From the NCBI RefSeq assembly GCF_000196555.1, contig NC_015067.1, positions 390,001 to 422,000 on the forward strand: a stretch of DNA of 32,000 nucleotides, in the 5' to 3' direction. Source of the DNA: Bifidobacterium longum subsp. longum JCM 1217. Lineage in GTDB: Bacteria > Actinomycetota > Actinomycetes > Actinomycetales > Bifidobacteriaceae. The position numbers were made by a program, and so were the translations under genes. Shown one piece after another: positions 1 through 10,041 of this stretch (its first letter is position 1; each line of letters starts with the position of its first letter). Below the pieces are notes generated by a model, which saw only the letters and a list, made by a program, of their open reading frames with translations, had not been told where the DNA came from and ran no database searches.

Positions 1-2
1 AG

Positions 3-34
3 CGACCCTCAGCAACTCGAGCTGCTGAGGGTCG
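3..34 (-). terminator. GC-rich hairpin downstream of the rpsP / KH-gene pair
   Basis: Perfect 12-bp stem CGACCCTCAGCA / TGCTGAGGGTCG with an 8-nt loop, 45 nt past the KH-gene stop on the minus strand. The downstream flank is cut by the window edge, so a U-tract cannot be judged. Confidence 0.35.
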
Positions 35-79
35 TCGTGCATGTCTTGCTGTGCCATGCTGTGAATCGTTCCTTATCAG

Positions 80-313
80 TTATCGACGGACGTCCATGAT
101 GTCAACGCGGACCTTGTGGTCAGACAGTGCCTGAATCACGGTGCGAATCGCGTTGGCGGTGCGGCCGCCACGGCCGATCACACGGCCGATGTCTTCCGGG
201 TTCACGCGTACGCGAAGCAGTTCGCCGCGCGCGTTCTCATGAGACTTGACGGAAACATCGTCGGGAAAATCAACGATGTTCTTGATGAGGTGTTCCACAG
301 CTTGTGCAAGCAT
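80..313 (-). CDS. KH-domain RNA-binding protein (YlqC/KhpA-like)
   Basis: 77-aa ORF immediately downstream of rpsP. GxxG-type motif VIGRGGRTANAIR. The rpsP-KH gene order is conserved. Confidence 0.85.
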   Translation of the reverse strand: MLAQAVEHLIKNIVDFPDDVSVKSHENARGELLRVRVNPEDIGRVIGRGGRTANAIRTVIQALSDHKVRVDIMDVRR

Positions 314-333
314 AGCTAGCCTTTCGTTTCCGC

Positions 334-795
334 TCAGGCCTCAGCCGGAGCTTCTTCGGCGGCCTCTTCAGCCGGGGCTTCCTCAGCGGCGGCAGCGGCT
401 TCGGCTTCAGCCTTGGCCTTGGCAGCAGCTTCGGACTTGGCGGCCTTCAGCTTCTGAGCCTGGTCCTCAACGGCCGCGATGCGGGCCTCGGCGTCCGGGC
501 CAGCCTCAACGGTCTTCAGGGTGCCTTCGGCACCTTCAAGGCCCTTGTACTTCTGCCAGTCGCCGGTGATGTTCAGCAGCTTGAAGACGGGCTCGGACGG
601 CTGAGCGCCGACGCCGAGCCAGTACTGAGCGCGATCAGACTTGATCTGGATGGTCGAGGGCTGGGTGTTGGGGTTGTAGGTACCGATCTCCTCGATGACC
701 TTGCCGTCACGCTTCTTGCGGGAATCGACGACCACCACACGGTAGAAGGCGTAGAACTTCTTGCCCTGTCGCTTCAGACGAATCTTGGTTGCCAA
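334..795 (-). CDS. rpsP: 30S ribosomal protein S16
   Basis: The N-terminus [32 protein letters not shown] is typical S16. It carries an Ala/Glu-rich C-terminal tail as in Actinobacteria. Confidence 0.95.
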   Translation of the reverse strand: MATKIRLKRQGKKFYAFYRVVVVDSRKKRDGKVIEEIGTYNPNTQPSTIQIKSDRAQYWLGVGAQPSEPVFKLLNITGDWQKYKGLEGAEGTLKTVEAGPDAEARIAAVEDQAQKLKAAKSEAAAKAKAEAEAAAAAEEAPAEEAAEEAPAEA

Positions 796-923
796 AATGG
801 CTCTCCTTGTAATGCTAGGTGTGCGGGTTCTCGGTTTGCCATGTGGGGCATGGCCGTCCGGAATCCACGTGTCCTCGCGGCTCGGGGTGTAGAGGGCGCC
901 ACGCGCGCGCGAATAACTGGCCT

Positions 924-929
924 ATTATA
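924..929 (-). promoter_or_regulatory. Candidate -10 hexamer for rpsP
   Basis: Exact TATAAT on the minus strand (plus strand ATTATA), ~129 nt upstream of the rpsP ATG. No convincing -35 was found. Confidence 0.3.
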
Positions 930-1027
930 GCGCACAGGGCCGGACTGGGCGTGGCGCACTGTGGTTGTGGTGTGGTGCGCGTTCCCCGTTGCGCAACATT
1001 CCGGGGAATGTATCGCGAAAATGCCGG

Positions 1028-2137
1028 CTATCGCAGTGCAAGCGTTGCGGTCAGGGCCAGATGATCAGTGCCCTCGACCTCAAACGACTTCACGCCGGAC
1101 GGTTTGAGCCCGGGAGTGAACAGCACGTGATCCAGCTCGATGCGCGGCCACTTGAGCCAGCTCGGGAAGGTGAGATTCGGGCCGGCGGCTTGAATCAGAC
1201 TTGCGTCCTTGAATCCGGACTTGAGCAACGCGCGGAAGCTCGGATGGTCGGTGCTCGAGTTGAGATCGCCCATAACGACGACGATATTGCGATTGCTGAC
1301 GGATTTTGCACGGGCGAGTTCTCGCAGACCCAGAATGCCGGCCGACCAATCCGCGCAGCCGCGCATCGGCGATTTCGGGTGAGCCGAACAAAGCGTCACC
1401 GTGCGATTACCGGAGGTTTTGAGGGTGATGGCGGGAACGTCGGCGGCGGGGATGGAGACCACGTTGGGCACCGCTGCGCTCGGCTCGTAGCGGGAATAGA
1501 TCACGTTGAATCCGCCATTATCGGTCTCTTTGGCGTCTCCGAACTGATGGTAGGGGAGAAGTTCGTTGATGTCGGCTTCGGTAAGACGTGTGATGAGGTC
1601 GTCGGTGACTTCCTGCAAGGCCAATACGCTGATATTGCGTTCGCGAATATTGCGAATGATTTCAGCGGCGTCGGCGCGTCCGTATCGACAATTCATCGTC
1701 ATAACCGAGAACTGGGGCGAGAGTGTTTCACGCGTTGTTTCACAGTGTCCATCGGAGATGGTTTCGGGCCCTTCCTTCGGAGTGTTTGAGGTACCCGATG
1801 TATTGCTGTTATGGCTTTTTGACAGCGTCGGCGAAGTTGTTTCACGGGCTGTTTCACGGTGGGATTCTTTGCGTTTCCCGGCCGGGTCGATTGACGTACC
1901 CCAGTAGTTGATGCGCTGTGAGCTGGCAATCAGCGCGACCACAATAAGCAACGACATCGCAGTCCATTCATGTTGCCATGCGGCGACCGCGGCCAGAATC
2001 ATCAAAGGAACCCACAACAGCGGCGTCAGAGCAATCATGTACGGAAGCGGCATACGGGCCTCGAGACCGGCGGGCAGCGCGCTTAAGGTCGTCCATAACA
2101 GTGCGATGATTGCCACCGCGCTGAGGATTGTCGTCAT
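1028..2137 (-). CDS. Membrane-anchored endonuclease/exonuclease/phosphatase (EEP) family protein
   Basis: ORF 1028..2272 trimmed to the ATG at 2137 (MTTILSAV..), which has an AAAGGAA RBS; the longer form would overlap ffh. N-terminal TM helices, a Ser/Thr-rich linker, then EEP-like motifs VLALQEV, GDLNS and LDHV. Confidence 0.75.
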   Translation of the reverse strand: MTTILSAVAIIALLWTTLSALPAGLEARMPLPYMIALTPLLWVPLMILAAVAAWQHEWTAMSLLIVVALIASSQRINYWGTSIDPAGKRKESHRETARETTSPTLSKSHNSNTSGTSNTPKEGPETISDGHCETTRETLSPQFSVMTMNCRYGRADAAEIIRNIRERNISVLALQEVTDDLITRLTEADINELLPYHQFGDAKETDNGGFNVIYSRYEPSAAVPNVVSIPAADVPAITLKTSGNRTVTLCSAHPKSPMRGCADWSAGILGLRELARAKSVSNRNIVVVMGDLNSSTDHPSFRALLKSGFKDASLIQAAGPNLTFPSWLKWPRIELDHVLFTPGLKPSGVKSFEVEGTDHLALTATLALR

Positions 2138-2177
2138 GGAAGTTCCTTTCGAAATATAAATTGAACCGAGATATAAT

Positions 2178-2204
2178 TTGGCTCCCCTCTGCGAGGGGAG
2201 CCAA
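2178..2204 (-). terminator. Palindromic hairpin element (copy 1), likely ffh terminator
   Basis: TTGGCTCCCCTC-TGC-GAGGGGAGCCAA, a perfect 12-bp stem 10 nt after the ffh stop. An AT-rich stretch follows on the minus strand. Confidence 0.6.
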
Positions 2205-2213
2205 GTTGTGAGA

Positions 2214-3866
2214 TCAGCGACCGAACAGTCCGCCAAGGCCTCCGCCGAGGTTCGGCGGCAGTTCAGTGCCACCGTCGACGTTGCCCATCATCTGCTCAAG
2301 GCCAGCGGGCAGGGCCGGGTTCTGTGGCTTCTTGGCGAAGGCGGAACCGCCGGTCGAACCGGAGGACTTGCCGGCCAGCTTATCGCGCAATGCCTTCTCC
2401 TCGGCCTCGCGCTTCATCGGATTGCCGGACTTGCCGCCCTTCTTCTTGTTCTTGCCCTTCTTCTTGCCGCCGCCCATAGCCGGGCCGCCGAAGCCGGGGA
2501 TGCCGCCGCCCATGCCGCCACGATTGGACATGCGCTTCATCATCTTTGCGGCCTGCTCGAAACGCTGCAGCAAAGCGTTCACCTGAGAAACCGTCACGCC
2601 GGAACCATAGGCGATACGGGCGCGGCGGGAACCATTGATAATCGACGGATCGCGGCGCTCGGCCGGGGTCATCGAGCGAATAATCGCCTCGGTGCGGTCG
2701 ATTTCCCTCTCATCGAACTGCTCGAGTTCCTTGCGGTGCTGGGCCATGCCCGGAATCATGCCGAGCAGCGACTTCATTGAGCCCAGCTTGCGCACCTGCT
2801 GCAGCTGATCGAGGAAGTCGTCCAGGCCGAAGGAACCTTCGGAGATTTTCTCGGCGGCCTTGCGGGCCTCTTCCTCATCGAACTGCTTCTGCGCCTGCTC
2901 GATGAGCGTCATGATGTCGCCCATGTCGAGGATACGCGAGGCCATGCGGTCCGGGTGGAAGACCTCGAAGTCCTTCAGGCCCTCACCGTTGGAGGCGAAC
3001 AGGATCGGCTTGCCGGTCACGGACGCCACGGACAGCGCGGCACCACCGCGGGCGTCGCCATCGAGCTTGGAGAGCACCACGCCGGTGAAGTCCACGCCTT
3101 CGTCAAAGGCCTTGGCGGTCTTGACGGCGTCCTGGCCGATCATCGCGTCGATGACGAACAGGATTTCGTTGGGACGCACGGCATCGCGAATGTCGCGAGC
3201 CTGCTTCATCAGCTCCTCGTCCACGCCCAGACGACCGGCGGTATCGATGATCACCGTGTCGTAGAGCTTCTGCTTGGCGAGTTCGATGGAATCGCGGGCC
3301 ACCTTCACCGGGTCGCCGGAGGTCTGGCCCGGAGCTGCGACGGCCTCGCCGCCATCGGATTGGACGCCCTTTTCGGGAGCATAGACGGGCACGCCGGCGC
3401 GTTCGCCGACCACCTGCAGCTGCGTCACCGCGTTCGGACGCTGCAAATCGGCCGCCACCAGCAGCGGCGTGTGGCCGGAATCCTTGAGCCAGTAGCCGAG
3501 CTTGCCGGCCAGCGTGGTTTTACCGGCACCCTGAAGGCCGGCGAGCATGATGATCGTCGGCGGGTTCTTCGCGAAGTTCAGCGGACGGTCGACGCCTTGG
3601 CCGAGCACGTCGGTGAGCTCCTCGTTGACGATTTTCACCACCTGCTGGGCGGGGTTGAGTGCGTCGGACACCTCGGTGCCCAGTGCACGCTCACGCACCT
3701 TGCCGGTGAAGGAACGCACCACGTCGAGCGCCACGTCGGCGTCGAGCAGCGCGCGGCGGATTTCACGGATCGTGCCGTCGATATCCGCCTCGGAAAGCTT
3801 GCCCTTGCTCTTCAGATGCTTGAACGCATTCGAGAGTCTGTCTGTCAAAGATGAAAAAGCTGCCAT
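2214..3866 (-). CDS. ffh: Signal recognition particle protein Ffh
   Basis: Start set at MAAFSSLTDRLSNAFKHLK (ATG at 3866). GTPase motifs GLQGAGKTT and DTAGR, a Met-rich M domain, and a Gly/Lys-rich tail. Confidence 0.95.
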   Translation of the reverse strand: MAAFSSLTDRLSNAFKHLKSKGKLSEADIDGTIREIRRALLDADVALDVVRSFTGKVRERALGTEVSDALNPAQQVVKIVNEELTDVLGQGVDRPLNFAKNPPTIIMLAGLQGAGKTTLAGKLGYWLKDSGHTPLLVAADLQRPNAVTQLQVVGERAGVPVYAPEKGVQSDGGEAVAAPGQTSGDPVKVARDSIELAKQKLYDTVIIDTAGRLGVDEELMKQARDIRDAVRPNEILFVIDAMIGQDAVKTAKAFDEGVDFTGVVLSKLDGDARGGAALSVASVTGKPILFASNGEGLKDFEVFHPDRMASRILDMGDIMTLIEQAQKQFDEEEARKAAEKISEGSFGLDDFLDQLQQVRKLGSMKSLLGMIPGMAQHRKELEQFDEREIDRTEAIIRSMTPAERRDPSIINGSRRARIAYGSGVTVSQVNALLQRFEQAAKMMKRMSNRGGMGGGIPGFGGPAMGGGKKKGKNKKKGGKSGNPMKREAEEKALRDKLAGKSSGSTGGSAFAKKPQNPALPAGLEQMMGNVDGGTELPPNLGGGLGGLFGR

Positions 3867-4170
3867 AATGGGCAACAGTCTAGCCGCCACGCGGGAAATT
3901 GCGGTGTTGGGGACGACGCTTTTCGGGGAATGTGCCGCGTAGTAGTCAGGGATGTTGGGCATTCAGACGGCAAATGCCGTGCCGTCCGCTCGTGGCGAAG
4001 CCAATCGAGTGCTTCCGATACCATGGAAACCGTAAAGAATCCTGTGTTTTTTGGAATACTTACGCTGTTTTGAAAATCGCTGGACACCGCTTATACGCAG
4101 ACTGCCGTGCGCTCCGAACCATGACGTTCGGGCCAACGCAGACATGCCGTGCAATAAGGAAGGCCCACTG

Positions 4171-5079
4171 ATGCCCACCCAAAAACTACTCGAACGCAAA
4201 GCCCTGATCGTTGGTATCGTCATCAACGTGCTGCAGGTCTTAGCCGGCATGGCCGTGTTCTTCATGACCGGTCTCAAGGCCATGTTCCTCGACTTCTCCT
4301 TCACCGCGATTTCCGTCCTGTCCGGAATGGTGGCGGTGTACCTCTCGTCGCGCACGGTGCGAACCACCGAGCGCTTCCCCAATGGCATGTTCGCACTGGA
4401 ACCTATCTACGCGATCTGCAAGGCCATTTTCACCATGTCGTTGTTGGTGTATTCGCTGATTGACGTGTGCCGAGTAGCGTACGACTACTTCGTGTTCGGG
4501 TCCGGCGAACGCATTGAAACCGGCCCGGTGGTCATCTACGAGATCCTGACCGTAATCGTGTGCTTCAGCCTATACACGTATTACCGGCGCTCCAACCGAT
4601 CCATCGGCGATTCCAGCACCATGCTCACCGCCGAGTGCAAGAGCACGTTGGTCGACGGATCGATGTCGTTCGGCATCGGCGTAGTTGCCATCTTCCTGAT
4701 GCTGCTACCGGCCGGCGGTCCGCTTGACTTCCTGCACTACACCGGCGATTTCTTCATCACCGTGGCTTTGGTGGCATTGACCATCAAGGAGCCGTTCAGC
4801 GTGCTCAAAGAGGCGTTCGTGGAATTGGTCGGCGGCGTGCATGACGACGATGAAACCAACGCCTACGTGGAGGCCGAGGCACAGCGCCATCTGCCTGCCA
4901 ACACCGACTACGAGCAGACGCTGATCTTCAAGACCGGTATGAACTACACCGTTGACGTGTATCTGAGCGGCATCGGCGAAACCATTGATGTAGCTGACCT
5001 CATCGAATGCAAGCGCTCGCTGGAAAAGGAGCTCAGCAAGCGCCTGCACATCGTGGACGTGGACTTCGTGTTTGACTGA
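4171..5079 (+). CDS. Cation diffusion facilitator-like membrane transporter
   Basis: Start at ATG 4171 with an AAGGAAGG RBS. Six predicted TM helices plus a C-terminal cytoplasmic domain. The TM2-3 region (FLDFSFTAISVL..RFPNGMFALEP) resembles the cation_efflux family, but the usual His residues are not obvious. Confidence 0.55.
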   Translation: MPTQKLLERKALIVGIVINVLQVLAGMAVFFMTGLKAMFLDFSFTAISVLSGMVAVYLSSRTVRTTERFPNGMFALEPIYAICKAIFTMSLLVYSLIDVCRVAYDYFVFGSGERIETGPVVIYEILTVIVCFSLYTYYRRSNRSIGDSSTMLTAECKSTLVDGSMSFGIGVVAIFLMLLPAGGPLDFLHYTGDFFITVALVALTIKEPFSVLKEAFVELVGGVHDDDETNAYVEAEAQRHLPANTDYEQTLIFKTGMNYTVDVYLSGIGETIDVADLIECKRSLEKELSKRLHIVDVDFVFD

Positions 5080-5097
5080 TTGATGGGTTTGAAGCGA

Positions 5098-6747
5098 CTA
5101 CTTCAGACTCCAAGTGGAACCCTGCGGGCCGTCTTCGATGGCGATGCCGGCCTCGGTCAGGGCGTCGCGAATCTGATCGGCCTTGGCGAAATCCTTGGCC
5201 TTGCGAGCTTCGGCACGGGCGTTGAGCTGTTCGGCGATCAGTGCCTCCAGCGCTGCATGCTCGGGCGACTCGGCCGTGCCATCAGCGGCACCGCCGGCAG
5301 CGCCGGCGGACACCCACGGTTCGGCCAGCGGGTCCAGGCCCAAGGTGTCGAGCATGGCACGCACGGCGAGCAGCGCCTCACGCACCTCGGCCTTGGCGGT
5401 TTCGGAATCGGCGCGGTCAGCCAGCTGTGAAAGCAACGTATTGCCGGAACGGATGGCGGTGAAGATCGCGGCGGTTGCACCAGACACATTGACATCGTCA
5501 TTCATGGCGGCCACGAAATCGGCGGGCAAATCGTCGGCGGAGACGGCAGTGACTTCCTCGCGAGAAGGCTGTCCACCCAGCGCCACACCGGCACGCTCGA
5601 TGAAGTTCGAGACGCGGTCGTATGCGGCCTGCGCCTCGACCAGCGCCTGATCGGACCATTCGAGCATCGACCGGTACTGCACGGAGCCCAGGGCGTAACG
5701 CACCACCCAAGCGGAATGCTCAGCCAACACGCTCGGCACGGACAGGCCGGTGCCCAGCGACTTCGACATCTTCTCGCCCTTGGCGGTCACCCATGCCGAA
5801 TGCATCCAGCGCGCAGCGGAGGGGTAGCCGGCCGCACGGGTCTGAGCCATTTCGTTTTCGTGGTGGGGGAAGCGCAGATCCAAGCCGCCGCCGTGAATGT
5901 CGAAGCCATCGCCCAGGTAACGGTGGGACATGGCGGAGCATTCGATGTGCCAGCCAGGGCGGCCCACGCCAAACGGCGTCGACCAACGGGCGTCCTCGGG
6001 ATCGGTGTCCTTCGGAGCCTTCCACAGGGCGAAATCACGCGGATCATGCTTGTCGGGGGAGGCATCGGCCGGGTCGACCGGATTGTACTTGTCGGCACCG
6101 GTGGCGTCCACGGACGGGCCCATGCGGTCGGCCACGGCGGCGGCCTCATCGACTTCGGAGGTCTGCTTCTGGTGAGTGAGTTCGCCGTAATGCGGCCAGG
6201 ATGCCACATCGAAGTACACGTTGCCGGTGGGCTTGCCGTCCGCATCCGTGACCACATAGCCGTGACCGTTGTCGAGAATGCGCTGAATCAGGTCGATCAT
6301 GTCCGACATGTGGCCGGTGGCGCGAGGTTCCACAGTGGGCGGCAGTACGCCGAGCGTGTTGTATGCCTCGGTGAATTCGCGCTCGTAGTAATAGGCGCGG
6401 GCCCACCAACGCTGGCCTGCGGCCGCGGCCTTAACGAGAATCTTGTCGTCGATATCGGTCACATTACGCACAAAAGTGACTTTGTAGCCGAGCTTCAAAA
6501 ACCAGCGGCGCACGATGTCGAACGCCACGGCGGCACGGATATGGCCAATATGCGGTGACGATTGCACAGTCGCGCCACACACATAAATGCCGACTTCGCC
6601 CGGCTTGAGCGGCACGAAATGGCTGACCTGGTGCGAGGCGGTGTCATACAGATTCAGGCCTTCTGCGGCCTTGGCAACATGCACCGGCGTCAGGCTTGAA
6701 GGCATGACGGAAATGTTGAAATCCTGCGGTTCTTGGCTGTTTCCCAT
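5098..6747 (-). CDS. cysS: Cysteine--tRNA ligase
   Basis: HIGH motif (SPHIGHIRAAV) and KMSKS motif (KMSKSLG). The start is uncertain: ATG at 6747 (MGNSQEP) or 6705 (MPSSLTPV). The track start at 6861 is unlikely. Confidence 0.9.
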   Translation of the reverse strand: MGNSQEPQDFNISVMPSSLTPVHVAKAAEGLNLYDTASHQVSHFVPLKPGEVGIYVCGATVQSSPHIGHIRAAVAFDIVRRWFLKLGYKVTFVRNVTDIDDKILVKAAAAGQRWWARAYYYEREFTEAYNTLGVLPPTVEPRATGHMSDMIDLIQRILDNGHGYVVTDADGKPTGNVYFDVASWPHYGELTHQKQTSEVDEAAAVADRMGPSVDATGADKYNPVDPADASPDKHDPRDFALWKAPKDTDPEDARWSTPFGVGRPGWHIECSAMSHRYLGDGFDIHGGGLDLRFPHHENEMAQTRAAGYPSAARWMHSAWVTAKGEKMSKSLGTGLSVPSVLAEHSAWVVRYALGSVQYRSMLEWSDQALVEAQAAYDRVSNFIERAGVALGGQPSREEVTAVSADDLPADFVAAMNDDVNVSGATAAIFTAIRSGNTLLSQLADRADSETAKAEVREALLAVRAMLDTLGLDPLAEPWVSAGAAGGAADGTAESPEHAALEALIAEQLNARAEARKAKDFAKADQIRDALTEAGIAIEDGPQGSTWSLK

Positions 6748-6965
6748 AACACTCAAGCGTAGGGTCCGAACCAGACATGCTGAATCGTTACTCGAAGAGT
6801 TTGATGAACGCTTCACAGGTGGGGCCCGAACGAGGTGACAGACGGATGAGAAGCGGGACAACAGTCTCGCGAGAACACGTCTTTGACCGCTGCGGAAACT
6901 GCGAGATTCATGGATTTGCCCTGCTCGTTACGCAAACGGGGAACGCTCGTGCCACAATAGAAGTC

Positions 6966-7694
6966 ATGGCCACACCACAAGTGCTCATTTTGCAACATGT
7001 CCCATGGGAACGCCCGGGACGCATATTGTCGAACCTCGAGGACATCGGTCTTGAGACGGTGACGATGAATATCGTCGACAAAAAGAAACCGGACTTGCCT
7101 GATTTCGGCGAACTGGCTGGCGTGGTAATCATGGGTGGGCCTATGGGCGCGCTTGATTACGACAAGTATCCGGGGCTGAAGGCAGAAGCCAAGTTGGCGC
7201 GTGCCGCCGTGGCTTCAGGCAAGCCGATTCTCGGTGTATGCCTGGGGCATCAGATTATCGCCACTGCGCTTGGTGCGCAGCTGCGCAAGGGCGATGCGCC
7301 GGAGATTGGGTTCGCGCCGATCAAGCGTGTGGACAAGCATGACTTCTTCTCCATGTGGGATAAGCAGCTGACAGTGCTGCACTGGCATAACGACGTGGTG
7401 GGCCTGCCCGCGGAAGGCCAGCTGCTGTCGCGTTCGTCTTCCACCAAGGTGCAGGCATTCCGACTGGGATCCGCGCTGGGCATGCAGTTCCACCTGGAAG
7501 TGTGCGGCTCGCTGCTGGACGAATGGCTGGATGAGCCGAGCATGGTCAAGGATCTCAAGGCCGCGGGTGGTTCCAAGTCCCAATTGCGCGAGCAGTTCGC
7601 CCAATACGACCAGCTACTGCAACCGCTCGCCGAGCAAGTGTTCTCCGGTTTTGCGGCCCGCTGCAACTCCTACGCTCAGACGCTGAACAAATAA
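6966..7694 (+). CDS. Class I glutamine amidotransferase-like protein
   Basis: Start at MATPQVLILQHVPWE (ATG 6966). Nucleophile elbow GVCLGHQ and a downstream FHLE His/Glu motif. Confidence 0.8.
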   Translation: MATPQVLILQHVPWERPGRILSNLEDIGLETVTMNIVDKKKPDLPDFGELAGVVIMGGPMGALDYDKYPGLKAEAKLARAAVASGKPILGVCLGHQIIATALGAQLRKGDAPEIGFAPIKRVDKHDFFSMWDKQLTVLHWHNDVVGLPAEGQLLSRSSSTKVQAFRLGSALGMQFHLEVCGSLLDEWLDEPSMVKDLKAAGGSKSQLREQFAQYDQLLQPLAEQVFSGFAARCNSYAQTLNK

Positions 7695-7741
7695 CGTTTG
7701 CGGGCCGCCGCTGGGCAAGCGTGGCGCTACATTGGTGAGTC

Positions 7742-10018
7742 ATGCCGACTTATGACATTGGACTGGAACACGTTTCGCTCGCTTTCGCTACCAAAACCAT
7801 CTTCACTGATGTAACGCAGGGTGTTTTTGAAGGCGACCGCATCGGCATCGTCGGCAAGAACGGCGACGGCAAATCCACGTTGCTGCACCTGTTCCGCGGT
7901 GCTCAGGAGCCGGATTCCGGCCGCGTGACAAAGCGTGGCGGACTCACGTTCGGCATGCTTGACCAGCGTGATCCCCTTGATGACAACGCCACCATTCGCG
8001 AAGCCGCACTTGAGGGGCGCGCCGACTACGAATGGGCGTCCGATAACACTTCCCGTGAAATCGTCGAGGCATTGCTCGGCGGCATGAGCCTGGATGCCAA
8101 GGTCGGCTCCTTGTCCGGCGGCCAGCGTCGCCGCGCCGATTTGGCCCGACTGCTGCTCAAGGATTGGGATATTCTTGCACTTGACGAGCCCACCAACCAT
8201 CTCGACGTGGTCACTATCCACTGGCTTGCCGAACATTTGAAGAACCGCTGGTCCAAAGGCCAGGGCGCTCTGTTGCTCGTGACCCACGATCGCTGGTTCT
8301 TGGACGAGGTCTGCGAATCGATGTGGGAAGTCCACGATGGCGTGATCGAGCCGTTCGAGGGCGGCTATTCCGCATATATGCTGCAGCGCGTGGAACGCGA
8401 TCGCCAAGCCGATGTGCGCGAAACCAAGCGCCGCAATCTGGCTCGCAAGGAGCTCGCATGGCTTTCCCGCGGTGCTCGTGCCCGCTCCACCAAGCAGAAG
8501 TTCCACGTCAAGGCCGCACGCGAATTGATTGCCGATGTGCCGCCGATGCGTAACACACTTGAACTGAAGCAAATGGCCACCTCCCGTCTCGGCAAACAGG
8601 TGGTCGATTTGGTCGACGTGACGCAGATTTTCGAAAAACCGCAGGGCATGGCCGATATCGACCCGGATGTGGCGGCGCTCTCCGCGTCCGCTTCCCGCGT
8701 GGATGTGGTCAACGCCATGTACGCCGAGCCGCAGCTGCATGGTTCCGTTGAGGTGGCGGTCACCGACATGACTGACCCGCGCCTGGTGGACGCCGGCGTG
8801 CCGGAAGCCGTCGAGTCCGCTGAGGAAGCGCGTAAGAAGGCCGAGGCTGAGAGCGGCAATCCGCAGCTTGCTGACGATCGCGAGGTTCGTCGCATGAACA
8901 CGGGTGGTGAAACCATCGGCGGTGGCACTGCTGCAACGGATTCGGATGATGACACTGCTGCAGCCGGTGTCACCTCGGCTGCACGCAAGGTGACGGTTTC
9001 CGGCCGCGAGATTCTTGACGATGTGACTTGGCTGATTGGCCCGGGTGACCGCTTCGGCATCGTCGGTGCGAATGGTGCCGGCAAGTCCACGCTGCTTAAG
9101 TTGATTGATGGCACACTCACCCCGACCGCAGGCCATGTGAACATTGGCAAGACGGTGAAGTTCGCGGTGCTCTCGCAGCGCCTCGATGAGCTGGAGAAGC
9201 TCGGCAAGTACAAGATCAAGGAAGTGCTTTCCCGCTATAAGCCGAGCTACATTGTGGATGGCAAGGAAGTGACGCCGGGACAGTTGATGGAGCGTCTCGG
9301 CTTCGAATCCGCCCAGCTGATGACGCCGATCCGCGATCTCTCCGGTGGTCAGAAGCGCCGCATGCAACTGCTGCTGATTCTGCTTGACGAGCCGAACGTG
9401 CTCATCATGGACGAGCCCGGCAACGATCTGGACACCGATATGCTCGCCGTGATGGAAGACCTGCTCGATACTTGGCCGGGCACGTTGATTGTGGTCTCCC
9501 ACGACCGGTACCTGCTGGAGCGCGTCACCGATCAGCAGTTCGCGCTGATTGGCGGCAAAGTACGTCACTTGCCCGGCGGCGTGCAGGACTACCTCGATAT
9601 GGTTGAGGCTATTAAGAACGGCAAGGGATTGCCGGCTGACACGCCTGGCTTCGCGGGCACCGGTAGCAGCTCGGCGAAGTCTGGTAAGGGTAAGGCGGCC
9701 GCCGTCAACGCTGCCGCATCTCTCCCTCAGTCCGCTTCGCGGATAGCTCCCTCGTCAGAGGGAGCCAATAACGGTGAGGACTCCACCTCGAAGCTCACCG
9801 GCAAGGCCTTCCACGAGGCATCCAAGCGCGTGAATGCCATCGAACGTAAGCTCGCTAAGCTTGAAGAGCAGAAGGCCGATCTCGAGGCGCAGATGGCCGC
9901 CCATGACCCGAGCGACTACGAGGGTCTCAACAAGCTCAATGAACAACTCACCGCCGTCAATACTGAAAGCGATGATCTCGAAGCCGAATGGCTCGAACTC
10001 TCCGAACAATTGGAGTAG
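7742..10018 (+). CDS. ABC-F family ATPase (Uup-like, no TM domain) with a long internal insertion
   Basis: Two ABC cassettes (Walker A GKNGDGKST and GANGAGKST; signatures LSGGQRRR and LSGGQKRR), an Arg/Lys-rich inter-domain linker, and a C-terminal coiled coil. Confidence 0.9.
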   Translation: MPTYDIGLEHVSLAFATKTIFTDVTQGVFEGDRIGIVGKNGDGKSTLLHLFRGAQEPDSGRVTKRGGLTFGMLDQRDPLDDNATIREAALEGRADYEWASDNTSREIVEALLGGMSLDAKVGSLSGGQRRRADLARLLLKDWDILALDEPTNHLDVVTIHWLAEHLKNRWSKGQGALLLVTHDRWFLDEVCESMWEVHDGVIEPFEGGYSAYMLQRVERDRQADVRETKRRNLARKELAWLSRGARARSTKQKFHVKAARELIADVPPMRNTLELKQMATSRLGKQVVDLVDVTQIFEKPQGMADIDPDVAALSASASRVDVVNAMYAEPQLHGSVEVAVTDMTDPRLVDAGVPEAVESAEEARKKAEAESGNPQLADDREVRRMNTGGETIGGGTAATDSDDDTAAAGVTSAARKVTVSGREILDDVTWLIGPGDRFGIVGANGAGKSTLLKLIDGTLTPTAGHVNIGKTVKFAVLSQRLDELEKLGKYKIKEVLSRYKPSYIVDGKEVTPGQLMERLGFESAQLMTPIRDLSGGQKRRMQLLLILLDEPNVLIMDEPGNDLDTDMLAVMEDLLDTWPGTLIVVSHDRYLLERVTDQQFALIGGKVRHLPGGVQDYLDMVEAIKNGKGLPADTPGFAGTGSSSAKSGKGKAAAVNAAASLPQSASRIAPSSEGANNGEDSTSKLTGKAFHEASKRVNAIERKLAKLEEQKADLEAQMAAHDPSDYEGLNKLNEQLTAVNTESDDLEAEWLELSEQLE

Positions 10019-10041
10019 CGGGAGAAACCGTAACGTTCACA

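Noticed and set aside
2138-2272. Upstream extension of the EEP-family ORF that overlaps the ffh 3' end and the hairpin
   Set aside because: It would run through the ffh terminator hairpin. The internal ATG at 2137 has a proper RBS and starts at the first TM helix.
6777-6965. Upstream extension of the glutamine amidotransferase ORF overlapping the cysS start region
   Set aside because: The homologous domain begins at MATPQVLILQHVPWE. The extension would overlap cysS on the opposite strand and has atypical composition.
7727-9568. 613-aa ORF antisense to the ABC-F gene
   Set aside because: It fully overlaps a gene with unmistakable ABC motifs. Its translation is low-complexity (Ala/Gly/Arg/His-rich) with no recognisable domain. 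This is a typical open antisense frame in high-GC DNA.
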